A program made the position numbers and the translations under genes. Below, piece after piece: positions 26,675-35,374 of a stretch of DNA of 64,000 nt. Below the pieces are notes generated by a model. It was not told where the DNA came from, ran no database searches, and worked only from the letters and a program-made list of their open reading frames with translations. Numbering within the stretch: position 1 is the stretch's first letter; every line of letters begins with the position of its first letter. Where the stretch lies: the IMG/VR virus record IMGVR_UViG_3300048930_000409, positions 1 through 64,000 of that record, one strand, 5' to 3'. Origin of the DNA: a virus.

Positions 26675-27642
26675 GCGAGTGGGGAAAGATCTGGCACGAC
26701 CAGTACGGGTTCAATCGGAAGTTTCGGCCCGACCCCGAGACGGACGCGGAACGAGCCGAGCAGGTCAAGGACATTGCCCTGTTGATGCAGTCTGAGATCC
26801 ATGAGTTGCTCCAGACCGTGGCGTGGAAGAAGCATCGGAAGGACACCCGGCACCGCCCGAACATGGCGCATAGCCATGAAGAACTCACGGACATCTTCAA
26901 GTACTTCGTAACGCTGTGCAACCTGTTTGATGTCACGCCAGAAGCGCTCCAGCGCTTGTACTGGGCTAAGTCGGCCGTGTGCGAGCAGCGATATGTCGAA
27001 GAGTGGGTGTCCGACTACGCGCGGGGCAACCTGCGGGCCAAGGTGGCCATCGTCGACCTGGACAACGTCATCTTTGACTACATCGATCACTTCGGCAACT
27101 TCCTGTACCTGCAGCCCCTGGGCGACGACGTACGGCTGACTCTGATTCGCCTGATCGGCGAACGCAAGTGGATCAGCGCCGAGTCGACAGGCATTCCGGT
27201 GTCGGTGTTCGAGGCGTACAAGCACATGTACCGGACCAGCGGCGCGAAGGCGCACCTGCCCTTGATGCCGTACGCCAAGGAATTTATGCAGGCGCTTCGC
27301 GGGTTGGGATACGTCATCATCGTTGTCACGTCACGGCCGATTGACCGCTACCCGAACCTGATGATGGACACGATTGCCAGTCTGAACCGACACGGCCTGC
27401 CGTACGACCACGTCTGGCACGGCCCGTCAAAGAAAACCGTCCTCGTCGAACGGCTGTCGCCGATGCCGTCGCAGATCTTCGCGATCGACGATGACCCGAA
27501 GTATGTCCAGGAATACGTCAGCCTGGGCATTCCTGTCTTCCATGTGTTGAACGGAGGGACGACCCCGCTGACACAGACGGTCGGGCGCGTACCCGTCGCC
27601 GACCTGGAAGATGCGTTGAACTGCCTGCACCTGATCGGATAG
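26671..27642 (+). CDS. all-alpha NTP pyrophosphatase (dimeric dUTPase/dCTPase/MazG-like) fused to HAD 5'-nucleotidase-like domain
   Basis: SEIHELL...WKKH...EELTDIFKY; then VDLDNVI, VTSRP, IDDDP. Confidence 0.8.
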   Translation: MSEWGKIWHDQYGFNRKFRPDPETDAERAEQVKDIALLMQSEIHELLQTVAWKKHRKDTRHRPNMAHSHEELTDIFKYFVTLCNLFDVTPEALQRLYWAKSAVCEQRYVEEWVSDYARGNLRAKVAIVDLDNVIFDYIDHFGNFLYLQPLGDDVRLTLIRLIGERKWISAESTGIPVSVFEAYKHMYRTSGAKAHLPLMPYAKEFMQALRGLGYVIIVVTSRPIDRYPNLMMDTIASLNRHGLPYDHVWHGPSKKTVLVERLSPMPSQIFAIDDDPKYVQEYVSLGIPVFHVLNGGTTPLTQTVGRVPVADLEDALNCLHLIG

Positions 27643-27647
27643 CACCC

Positions 27648-28802
27648 ATGCCTGACTACGCTGACGCGGGCCACCGCCCGCACGCCGACCACCGGGGGGA
27701 GACCCCTGACTTCAAGATCACGAATGGCCCCGAGTCCATTTCCGTGACGCTGGACACCTGGGGGCCTCGCGACTACTACTCCGCGATGTTCGACTACCTC
27801 CAGTCGAACTGGGGCGGGGCGCCGTCGCGGATTCAGGAGGCGTTGGACCACCCAGAAATTGACGTCGACCACGATGTCGAAGTGTACCTCGACGCGTGCT
27901 TCGGCGGGCGCACACTCCAGCAAGTGTTGGAGGGCATCACGTTCTGGTTCACCATCGACGGCGTAACTCGCGCCATGACTCATGAGATGGTGCGTGCTCG
28001 GTTCGCCGCGTTCATGCAGCATGGCGGGCGCGACAACGACTGGCGCCATCGGGACTGGACCATGCCCGAGACGATCCGCCGGGCCTCAGGCGCTCGCATG
28101 CCGCCGCATCCCACAGCGCCCTGGGACGGCAAACGAGGAAAAGACCGAGTCGACGCCAAGAACCAGTGGCTGAGAGAACAGCTTGACGCCGACCCGACAC
28201 TCCGGTGGACGTGTATCACCGACCACCAGCCTGTCGAAGCGCTGCTCGGCGCCTACGACGAAATCCTGCCCGATGACCGGTTCGGGTTGCAGGATGTCAT
28301 CGAACACCACCTCCGTGAAGGCAAGCGCATCTACGCCGCGCTGGTCGACGCAGGCATACCGTGGCAGGACGCGCGGCGGCTGCTGCCCATCGGCACGCAG
28401 ACGTACATCCACGGGATTTACAACTTCATTTCGTTGCGCGACTTCCTGGCCAACCGGATGGAGTTCATCATGGACTGGGAAATCAACTGCGTCGCGCAGC
28501 TGATGTACCGCGAGATCCTGATGAAGTGCCCGCCTCTCATCGGCAAGTACCTGGGGTCGCACTCCGACCGCCAGGGCCGTGCCGCGTTCGCCGGACTGGA
28601 CTCGTGGCCCCCGGACATGAAGTACCAGCCCACGTTCGAGCAGGAAGACCCCGTGCTGACGCCGCGCCAGCATCGCCGTGAGCAGATGCCGTTCTGGGTC
28701 CTGGCCCAGTCGTCGTTGGACGGCGGGCCGGTGAAGTGGATTCCCACGAACGGCACCTACCCCCACGACCATCCCGACGCCCCCAAGCCGAGGACTCGGT
28801 GA
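27648..28802 (+). CDS. ThyX-like flavin-dependent thymidylate synthase homolog with altered active site
   Basis: FTIDGVTRAMTHEMVRAR, DARRLLP, N..SL..FL..R, WEI; RHRx7S motif not intact. Confidence 0.8.
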   Translation: MPDYADAGHRPHADHRGETPDFKITNGPESISVTLDTWGPRDYYSAMFDYLQSNWGGAPSRIQEALDHPEIDVDHDVEVYLDACFGGRTLQQVLEGITFWFTIDGVTRAMTHEMVRARFAAFMQHGGRDNDWRHRDWTMPETIRRASGARMPPHPTAPWDGKRGKDRVDAKNQWLREQLDADPTLRWTCITDHQPVEALLGAYDEILPDDRFGLQDVIEHHLREGKRIYAALVDAGIPWQDARRLLPIGTQTYIHGIYNFISLRDFLANRMEFIMDWEINCVAQLMYREILMKCPPLIGKYLGSHSDRQGRAAFAGLDSWPPDMKYQPTFEQEDPVLTPRQHRREQMPFWVLAQSSLDGGPVKWIPTNGTYPHDHPDAPKPRTR

Positions 28803-28925
28803 CCGTGCGGCGGGTCCACCCCCTGAACGCCTGGTTCCTGGGGGTGTTGGAGAAGCACCACGGGGCTGACCTGGACAGCCTCGCGGGATACGGTGACGAC
28901 CATCAACGAAGTGACGAGGAGTACA

Positions 28926-29825
28926 ATGGCGAAAGTGAAGCGCATGCCCCCGAAGAAAGCCGGCGACGTGTTGGCCAAGGCCCCCAAGGCCAAAGCCGAC
29001 GACGCCCCGGCGTTCGCCCTACCGACTGACCTGTCGGAGCCGTCCGATTCGTTGCAGGATTACAGCATCCTGCTGTACGGCGCGAAGAAGATCGGCAAGA
29101 CCACCTTGGCGTCGATGTTCCCTGGCGCCTACTTCCTGATGACGGAGCCGGGCGGCCGGGCGCTCCGCATCTACCAGACGCCTGTCACCACGTGGAAGAC
29201 GGCCAAGGACGCGTTGCGGGCGCTGGAGAAGAACCCCGGCAAGTTCCGCACCGTCGTCGTCGATACGGTCGACATGCTGTACCAGCTGTGCTTCGCGCAC
29301 GTCGGCAAGATCGAGGGGTGGGATCACCCGTCCGAGGAAGCGTGGGGCAAGGGATGGGCGGCGCTCCGCAAGGAGTTGTCCGACTACATCACGCGCCTGA
29401 TGGCGTTGCCGATGGGCGTCGTGCTGATCTCCCATGCCACGGAGAAGGAGGTCCAGAAGAGGGACGGCACGAAGTACGACCGCATCCAGCCGACCATGTC
29501 GGGCATGGCCCGCGACTTGGTCGAGGCCATGGTCGATATCTGGATGTACTACGACTACGACGGCGAGGAGCGCGTGTTGCTGCTCCAGGGAGACGACCAC
29601 ATCGCGGCGGGCCACCGCCTGCAGGAACACTTCAGGGCACCGGACGGCGTCCGGTATGTGCGGTCGGTCCCCATGGGGAACGCGCCTGAAGTGGGGTTCA
29701 AGAACCTGATGGCGGCCTTCGACAACACGTTGCCGGTCCCCGACGACGTCGACGAGCCGCCGCCCGCCGTCGCGGCCCCGAAGGCCGTGAAGAAGATGGG
29801 CGTCAAGAAGAAAGCGAAGGCGTGA
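28926..29825 (+). CDS. AAA_24/Sak4-like ATPase
   Basis: LLYGAKKIGKTT, VVVDTVD, GKGW, LISH. Confidence 0.85.
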   Translation: MAKVKRMPPKKAGDVLAKAPKAKADDAPAFALPTDLSEPSDSLQDYSILLYGAKKIGKTTLASMFPGAYFLMTEPGGRALRIYQTPVTTWKTAKDALRALEKNPGKFRTVVVDTVDMLYQLCFAHVGKIEGWDHPSEEAWGKGWAALRKELSDYITRLMALPMGVVLISHATEKEVQKRDGTKYDRIQPTMSGMARDLVEAMVDIWMYYDYDGEERVLLLQGDDHIAAGHRLQEHFRAPDGVRYVRSVPMGNAPEVGFKNLMAAFDNTLPVPDDVDEPPPAVAAPKAVKKMGVKKKAKA

Positions 29826-29971
29826 TGGCGACATCGACCAATCCCCGTGACTGGAAAATCGAGTTGGCGTTGCTGCTCCGCGAGTTGACCGAGATCGCCA
29901 AGGTCGCGCGGGCCAGTTTGGAACAGGAAGCCGAGCACGCTCGGAAAATTCGGGAACGGTCCACGCGATGA
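29825..29971 (+). CDS. small helical protein
   Basis: 48 aa, coupled to both neighbours. Confidence 0.45.
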   Translation: MATSTNPRDWKIELALLLRELTEIAKVARASLEQEAEHARKIRERSTR

Positions 29972-30882
29972 AGGTCAGCGTCAAGCGCGTCGGGTCGCGG
30001 CCGGTCGACCATCCGTCCGAGGACCGCCCACAGCTGTGGCAAAAGTCCATGGCGGTGTGCATCCCGTCCTCGGGGCGGCCCGCGCTCTTGGCTAAGACGC
30101 TGCACACGCAACCGTTCCTGAACGACCGGTCCACCTTCATCGGCGTGGCCACTCACGAAGCCGCCGAGTACCGGACGATGCTTCGCACGGTCGCGCCGTC
30201 AGTCCGACTGGTGACGTACGACAACCCCGAGGGGTCTATTGCGGTCTGCCGTGAGCACTTGCGACAGGCCGCGTTGGACGCCATTCCTGGCGGCCGGATG
30301 GACCGCTTCTGGGTCGTCGTCACGGACGATAACGCGTCGTACTCGTACACGGCGCTCCAGACCTTGGTCGGGGTCGCGTCGTCGTGGCGGGAGCAGCCCT
30401 GCATCGTCGCAGGGATGCACGGCACGGCGGCGCACTTCGACCGTCACCGCATCGGAGAAATGGAGGTGCATGCCGGGTATCGATCCTATCCGCAGGTCGC
30501 CATGATCTTCCAAGTCTACCCCGCGTCGATGTACGCGGACTACGCGTATCCCGCTGATGCGTATGGACTGGATGACCGGCACCTGGCGTTTTGGGCCATT
30601 GCGAAAAAAGGTTTGACCCGTAGTCAATTCCGCGTTGCAATGGACGCACCGTTTCGGAAGTCGCGGTACCAAGCTGGCGGGCAAGGCGACGCGAGGAAAC
30701 GGGCACGAAAGACGGGGCTGGCCATCGCACGGTTGGCCCTGGACTTCCCTGAATTGGTCGGGACACGCGGCACGTTCCCGACTCCATGGCAAATCATCTT
30801 TGCCCTTGCCGAGGGCAAGCAGGTTGACCGGTTGGCGGCCGGCAGCATGCGTAGTGAATCCGCCTTGATCCACCAGGAGTAG
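29968..30882 (+). CDS. GT-A glycosyltransferase, TAGT/GREB1-like (putative DNA-base glycosyltransferase)
   Basis: VCIPSSGRP, E...Y, R, WVVVTDDN, DD..L, GG pattern. Confidence 0.65.
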   Translation: MKVSVKRVGSRPVDHPSEDRPQLWQKSMAVCIPSSGRPALLAKTLHTQPFLNDRSTFIGVATHEAAEYRTMLRTVAPSVRLVTYDNPEGSIAVCREHLRQAALDAIPGGRMDRFWVVVTDDNASYSYTALQTLVGVASSWREQPCIVAGMHGTAAHFDRHRIGEMEVHAGYRSYPQVAMIFQVYPASMYADYAYPADAYGLDDRHLAFWAIAKKGLTRSQFRVAMDAPFRKSRYQAGGQGDARKRARKTGLAIARLALDFPELVGTRGTFPTPWQIIFALAEGKQVDRLAAGSMRSESALIHQE

Positions 30883-30884
30883 TC

Positions 30885-31784
30885 GTGGCCAAGAAGACCG
30901 CAGCACCCCAGACCGATTTCCAGAAGGCTCTCAAGAAGTCCGGCGCCAACTGGGACTCCGCGCGTGAGAAGGCCGCCACCAGCAAGGGCGGCGCCTACCA
31001 GGAATTCGACGACGGCAAGTACCTCGCTCGCGTCCAGAAGATGGAGCCCGGCGTCAACACCAAGGGCCCCTACATCATGGTGATGTTCAAGTTCGTGGAC
31101 GGCGACTACGAGGGCCAGACCAAGCCGCTGTTCCAGAACCTCCAGACGGACGAGAACCTCTTCCACGCCGCCAAGCTGATCGGTTCCTTCGGGTACGAGA
31201 TCCCCGAGAACATCGCCGACATCGAGAGCATCTGCGAAGCCATCACGGCCGAAAAGCCGCTCTGCAAGATCACCATCAAGACCAAGGGCGAGTACCAGAA
31301 CGTCTTCCTCGACAAGGTCATCTCCAGCGACGAGGGCGACGAGGACGCCGAGGAGGAGGACGGCGACGAGGACGCCGAGGAGGAATCCGCCGAGGCCGAG
31401 GCCGAGGACGAGGACGAGACCGAGGAGGCCGACGAGGAGTCCGAGGAAGAGGAATCCGAGGACGAGGACGAGGACGAGGAAGAAGAGGAAGACGAGGAGG
31501 AGGCCGACGAGGACGACACGGCCGAACTCGAGATCGGCATGCGAGTCGAGGCCGAGACGGCCAAGGGCACGCGCCAGGGCGTCGTCCACAAGATGGACCC
31601 CGCCGCCGAGACCGTCAAGATCCGCGATGACGCGGGCAAGATCTTCACGGTGCCCGCCTCGGCCGTCTCGCTTCTGGCCGATGTCCCCGACGAGCCCGAA
31701 CCGCCTCCGGCCAAGCCGAAGGGCGTGAAGAAGCCGGCCGCCCCGGTGACCCCGGCGCCGACGACCAAGAAGAAGACCAAGTAG
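30885..31784 (+). CDS. SSB-like (DUF669-like) protein with acidic tract and C-terminal SH3/KOW-like domain
   Basis: DGKY...GPYIMVMFK..DGDYEG...GEYQNV; about 65-aa D/E tract; position near AAA ATPase. Confidence 0.65.
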   Translation: MAKKTAAPQTDFQKALKKSGANWDSAREKAATSKGGAYQEFDDGKYLARVQKMEPGVNTKGPYIMVMFKFVDGDYEGQTKPLFQNLQTDENLFHAAKLIGSFGYEIPENIADIESICEAITAEKPLCKITIKTKGEYQNVFLDKVISSDEGDEDAEEEDGDEDAEEESAEAEAEDEDETEEADEESEEEESEDEDEDEEEEEDEEEADEDDTAELEIGMRVEAETAKGTRQGVVHKMDPAAETVKIRDDAGKIFTVPASAVSLLADVPDEPEPPPAKPKGVKKPAAPVTPAPTTKKKTK

Positions 31785-31868
31785 CACTGCCCGGCCCCGA
31801 CCGGGTGTAGGACCATGCGGGGGCGGGCGCGATGCCTTCCCCCGCATTTCCTGTCACGGAGGACACCT

Positions 31869-32249
31869 ATGTCAGACATGCCGTCATCGTTCGCCGAATT
31901 GTTGCGGGGCCTGCAGGACCCTCCAGCGGACCCGCCCGTGCCCCCGGACCCCGACACCATGGACGTCGGCGAGTCCCGCCCCGTGACCCTGCAGGAGGCG
32001 TTGTGGGTCGAAGAGATCCGGGCCATGGCCGAACCATCCGCCAAGATCCGGGCCATCACCGCGTTGCTGCATGTCCGGTCAGGCGAGACGGTCAAGCATG
32101 AGCAGTTGGCCATCATGCCGCTGGAAGACTTTCACCGGGCCGTGTCTCGCATGATGGCGGACCTGATGCCCAAACTGGAGAAGGCTCAGCACCTCGCGTC
32201 GATGCTGAACTTGTTCCGTCAGACGCCGCCGAACGGGAGCGGACATTGA
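31869..32249 (+). CDS. hypothetical protein
   Basis: GGAGG SD. Confidence 0.6.
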   Translation: MSDMPSSFAELLRGLQDPPADPPVPPDPDTMDVGESRPVTLQEALWVEEIRAMAEPSAKIRAITALLHVRSGETVKHEQLAIMPLEDFHRAVSRMMADLMPKLEKAQHLASMLNLFRQTPPNGSGH

Positions 32250-32518
32250 AGGCCCAGCTGAACGACGGCCCACAGGTGTGGTTCTGGTGCGCTGGGTGCG
32301 AGACGCATCATGCAATCGACCCAACCAAGTGGACATGGAACGGCGACACTGAACGGCCAACGTTCCGGCCATCGGTACTCGTGACCTACACATTCGGGGT
32401 CGAGCGCACGCCCAAGCGTTGTCACTCGTTCGTAACCGACGGGCATATTCAGTACCTCGACGACTGCACACATGCGCTCGCCGGGCAGACCGTGCTGTTG
32501 GAGGATGTCGAGCTATGA
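32246..32518 (+). CDS. DUF6527-family protein
   Basis: FWCAGC..HH...WTWNGD..PTF.PS...CHSFVTDG.IQYL.DC.H.LAG. Confidence 0.8.
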   Translation: MKAQLNDGPQVWFWCAGCETHHAIDPTKWTWNGDTERPTFRPSVLVTYTFGVERTPKRCHSFVTDGHIQYLDDCTHALAGQTVLLEDVEL

Positions 32519-33150
32519 ACCCCAGGAAGTTCACCGCGCTGGTCGGCCGGTTCTTCCAAGACTGCATGGGAGTCATGGCCCCGAAGAATTCAGACTACAA
32601 TCCGGACGCCGCCGTTCTACTGGATGTGTTCCGGGCGGCCTGTGAAGAAGGGTATCCCCCGGAAACGGTGCTGCGCGTGTTTCTCCGCAAACACTGGACT
32701 GTCATCCGGGGATGGACCCAGGGGCACGTGCATCTGTCCGAGGGACTGGACTCCCGAATGCATGATGCCGCGAACTACATCGGCATGCTGTACATACTGT
32801 CCGTCCCAGAATATCGGGACGAAATCTTCGCAGGTATCTTGAAACTCGAGGGGCAAGCATGCGCGTGCGGGTGCGTCGGACAGCTGGCAGTCAGGGAGTC
32901 ATACGACGGGAATCGAGTCAGAGACGAGCTCCTGTTGCCCCCACGGTGCGAACACGGCGCGCTGTTCCTGTGGCTACTGAGATTGAAAAGTACTTTGGAT
33001 TCGAGTCCCGCGTCGTGGCCCATGACACGGAAGGTACTGGACTCGTTCCGTACGGCCCAGTCAGCTATTGGGGCTACGCCCCCGCCCGACCGTTCGCCTT
33101 CGCGTACTGCGACGCCACCGGCCGCACGGCCTACGTCCGATACACCGTAG
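32515..33150 (+). CDS. nucleotide-modification-associated domain 1 (Nmad1/DUF1599-like) protein
   Basis: KNSDY...KH...E.LDSR..DAANY. Confidence 0.6.
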   Translation: MNPRKFTALVGRFFQDCMGVMAPKNSDYNPDAAVLLDVFRAACEEGYPPETVLRVFLRKHWTVIRGWTQGHVHLSEGLDSRMHDAANYIGMLYILSVPEYRDEIFAGILKLEGQACACGCVGQLAVRESYDGNRVRDELLLPPRCEHGALFLWLLRLKSTLDSSPASWPMTRKVLDSFRTAQSAIGATPPPDRSPSRTATPPAARPTSDTP

Positions 33151-35324
33151 ACCCGTATACGCGCAAGCCGCTGATCGAAAACGACGAAGACTGGGACCAC
33201 ATCGTCGCGCTGCACGCCAGCGAGGAGTTCATCAAGGTCGGCCACAACATCGGCTATGACATGCGGATGGATCGGATGGTCGGGGCGCCTATTCTGGGCG
33301 ATATCCACGACACGATGATTCTGGCGCACGTCATCACGGGCGGCGACGAGCTGATGTACGGCTTGAAACCGTTGGCCAAGAAATACTTGGACTACCCGGA
33401 TGACGACGAAAAGATCCTCGAGGCGGCCGTCAACATGGCCCGCCGTGCCGCCAAGGCACAAGGGTTTTTGATTGCCGGGGGCAAGAAAGAGGTCGAGCGC
33501 GGCGACCATGTCGTGTTCGCGGGCAGCAAACCGGCCAAGGCCGACTACTGGCTTGGTCCGGAAGAGATGTGCGAGGAGTACGCTGTCGGCGACGTCCGGC
33601 GCACCATGCTGATGTTCCTGCTGTGGTTCGAGCGTCTGATGCGCGACCAGCGAGGGGCTGTCACGTACGCCCGAGAGATGCAGTTGTTCCGGGCTCTCCG
33701 TCGGATGGAAGACCGGGGTACGCGGGTCGACCCCGTGCATGCGGCGAAGCTGGTGAAGTGGTACAACGCTTACGCCGCCCGCATGCGCCGATGGGCCGAT
33801 GCCAACGGGGCCGAGGGCGTGAACTTCCGGTCGCCCAAGCAGCTGTGCCGCATCTTCTACGATGAACGTGGCCTGGAACCGGCGTACACTAAGAAAGGTC
33901 ACGAGAAAATCGAGCTCGCCCGCGCCATGGGCGAGGAACCCGATTGGGAGGCGTTGAAGAAGCATAGGTCGTTGGGCAAGGACCAGTTGGCCGAATGGGG
34001 CGGCAAAGACGAACTGACCGACACGTACAAAGACGAGATGGCCAAGGCCATCTTGGAATGGCGGGCGGCCAAGCAGAGCATCAGTTCGTTCCTGAACATT
34101 TACGAGAAGTTCTGGTATCCCGAGGGGCCGGTGTACCAGACCGAAGAAAATCTCGCCGAGTACAACCGGCGCCTCACCCTGTCGCCCCAGGAGAAGGTCG
34201 AATGGGAAAAGGACGAGTGGGTGTTCGTCCTGCACCCGAACTACAACCAGACCGGGGCCGTGACTGGGCGTATGACGTGCTCCGACCCGAATCTGCAGCA
34301 GGTCGCCTCTGCGACTACTGGTTTGCGCAAGGCCGACATCCCGAGCCGACCGAGAGAATGCTTCGGCCCGCGACCCGGATGCATCTGGTATCTACCCGAC
34401 TACTCGCAGGTGGAAGTGTGGCTCTTCGCGTTCCTCTCCGGGGAACCGAACATGAAGGGCCTGCTCTTGTCTGGACACGATTTCCACAGCGGAGTCGCGT
34501 CAAAAACGTTTACCTCGCGACCGGACTACGAAGAGCGGAGCAAGTATTACCGGAAGCTGGCCAAGCTGATCATGTTCGGCAAGCTGTATGGTGGTGGTGT
34601 TGGTTCACGGGAGAAGCCGGGCCGCATGACCAAACTGCTCCAGATGCCGTTCGACGAAGCGAAGGAGTTCATCGAGTCGTTCGATGAGGAGTTCGCCCAG
34701 GCCACCGCGTTCATGAAGCGCATGGCCAAGGACGCCAAGCGTACCGGCGAGGCGTTCAACATCTTCGGCCGGCGCTACGTCCTGGGCCCGGACTGGGCCT
34801 ACAAGGTCGTGAACTATCTGATCCAGGGTGCCGCGGCGGACATCCTGAAGAATGCCACCATCCGGCTGGACTGGATGTTGCAGACGCGCTGGGAGATCCT
34901 CGACCCCCGGTGCCGCATGATCAACTCCATCCACGACGAGTTCATGGTCGAGGTACCGTACACCGTCCATTCACGGCGCCTGATGTACGAGATTATCTAC
35001 ACGATGCAGATGGATTCCGCCCTGGCCGGGTTGCCGGTGCCGCTGCCGATTGGCATCAAGACCGCCAAGAAGCGATGGTCCCACACCACGGACGTGGACA
35101 TTCCCGACTGGGTGAAAGGTGGCGTGCCGCGTGGCCCGGAGGGCACTCGATACTTCCGTGATCTGGAACGACATATGCAGGATTGCCCGTATACGGAATC
35201 CTATGCCGGGGCGCAAGCCCAATTTGCCCGCACGCGAGCTGCTCTTGATTTACGCGACGCTGAGCGCGAGCCAGAGCCAGATCGGGCTGCTCCGCGACGA
35301 AATCGAAGAAGAACGGCGGCTTAG
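32970..35324 (+). CDS. polA: family A DNA polymerase with 3'-5' exonuclease
   Basis: DTEGTG, GHNIGYD, HDTM, TGRMTC..PNLQQ, DYSQVE, RKLAKLIMFGKLYG, NYLIQGAAAD, IHDE; start GTG 32970 inferred (frame open from 32859). Confidence 0.95.
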   Translation: MATEIEKYFGFESRVVAHDTEGTGLVPYGPVSYWGYAPARPFAFAYCDATGRTAYVRYTVDPYTRKPLIENDEDWDHIVALHASEEFIKVGHNIGYDMRMDRMVGAPILGDIHDTMILAHVITGGDELMYGLKPLAKKYLDYPDDDEKILEAAVNMARRAAKAQGFLIAGGKKEVERGDHVVFAGSKPAKADYWLGPEEMCEEYAVGDVRRTMLMFLLWFERLMRDQRGAVTYAREMQLFRALRRMEDRGTRVDPVHAAKLVKWYNAYAARMRRWADANGAEGVNFRSPKQLCRIFYDERGLEPAYTKKGHEKIELARAMGEEPDWEALKKHRSLGKDQLAEWGGKDELTDTYKDEMAKAILEWRAAKQSISSFLNIYEKFWYPEGPVYQTEENLAEYNRRLTLSPQEKVEWEKDEWVFVLHPNYNQTGAVTGRMTCSDPNLQQVASATTGLRKADIPSRPRECFGPRPGCIWYLPDYSQVEVWLFAFLSGEPNMKGLLLSGHDFHSGVASKTFTSRPDYEERSKYYRKLAKLIMFGKLYGGGVGSREKPGRMTKLLQMPFDEAKEFIESFDEEFAQATAFMKRMAKDAKRTGEAFNIFGRRYVLGPDWAYKVVNYLIQGAAADILKNATIRLDWMLQTRWEILDPRCRMINSIHDEFMVEVPYTVHSRRLMYEIIYTMQMDSALAGLPVPLPIGIKTAKKRWSHTTDVDIPDWVKGGVPRGPEGTRYFRDLERHMQDCPYTESYAGAQAQFARTRAALDLRDAEREPEPDRAAPRRNRRRTAA

Positions 35325-35374
35325 GTTGGCGGCCGAAACAGAACTACGTCGCTTGACTGCTCAAGAGGACACAC

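Noticed and set aside
27648-28802. Assigning the symbol thyX as an ordinary thymidylate synthase
   Set aside because: Signature residues are altered, so the function cannot be assumed
31325-31520. GAG/GAC-rich tandem DNA repeat
   Set aside because: Explained by the acidic protein tract
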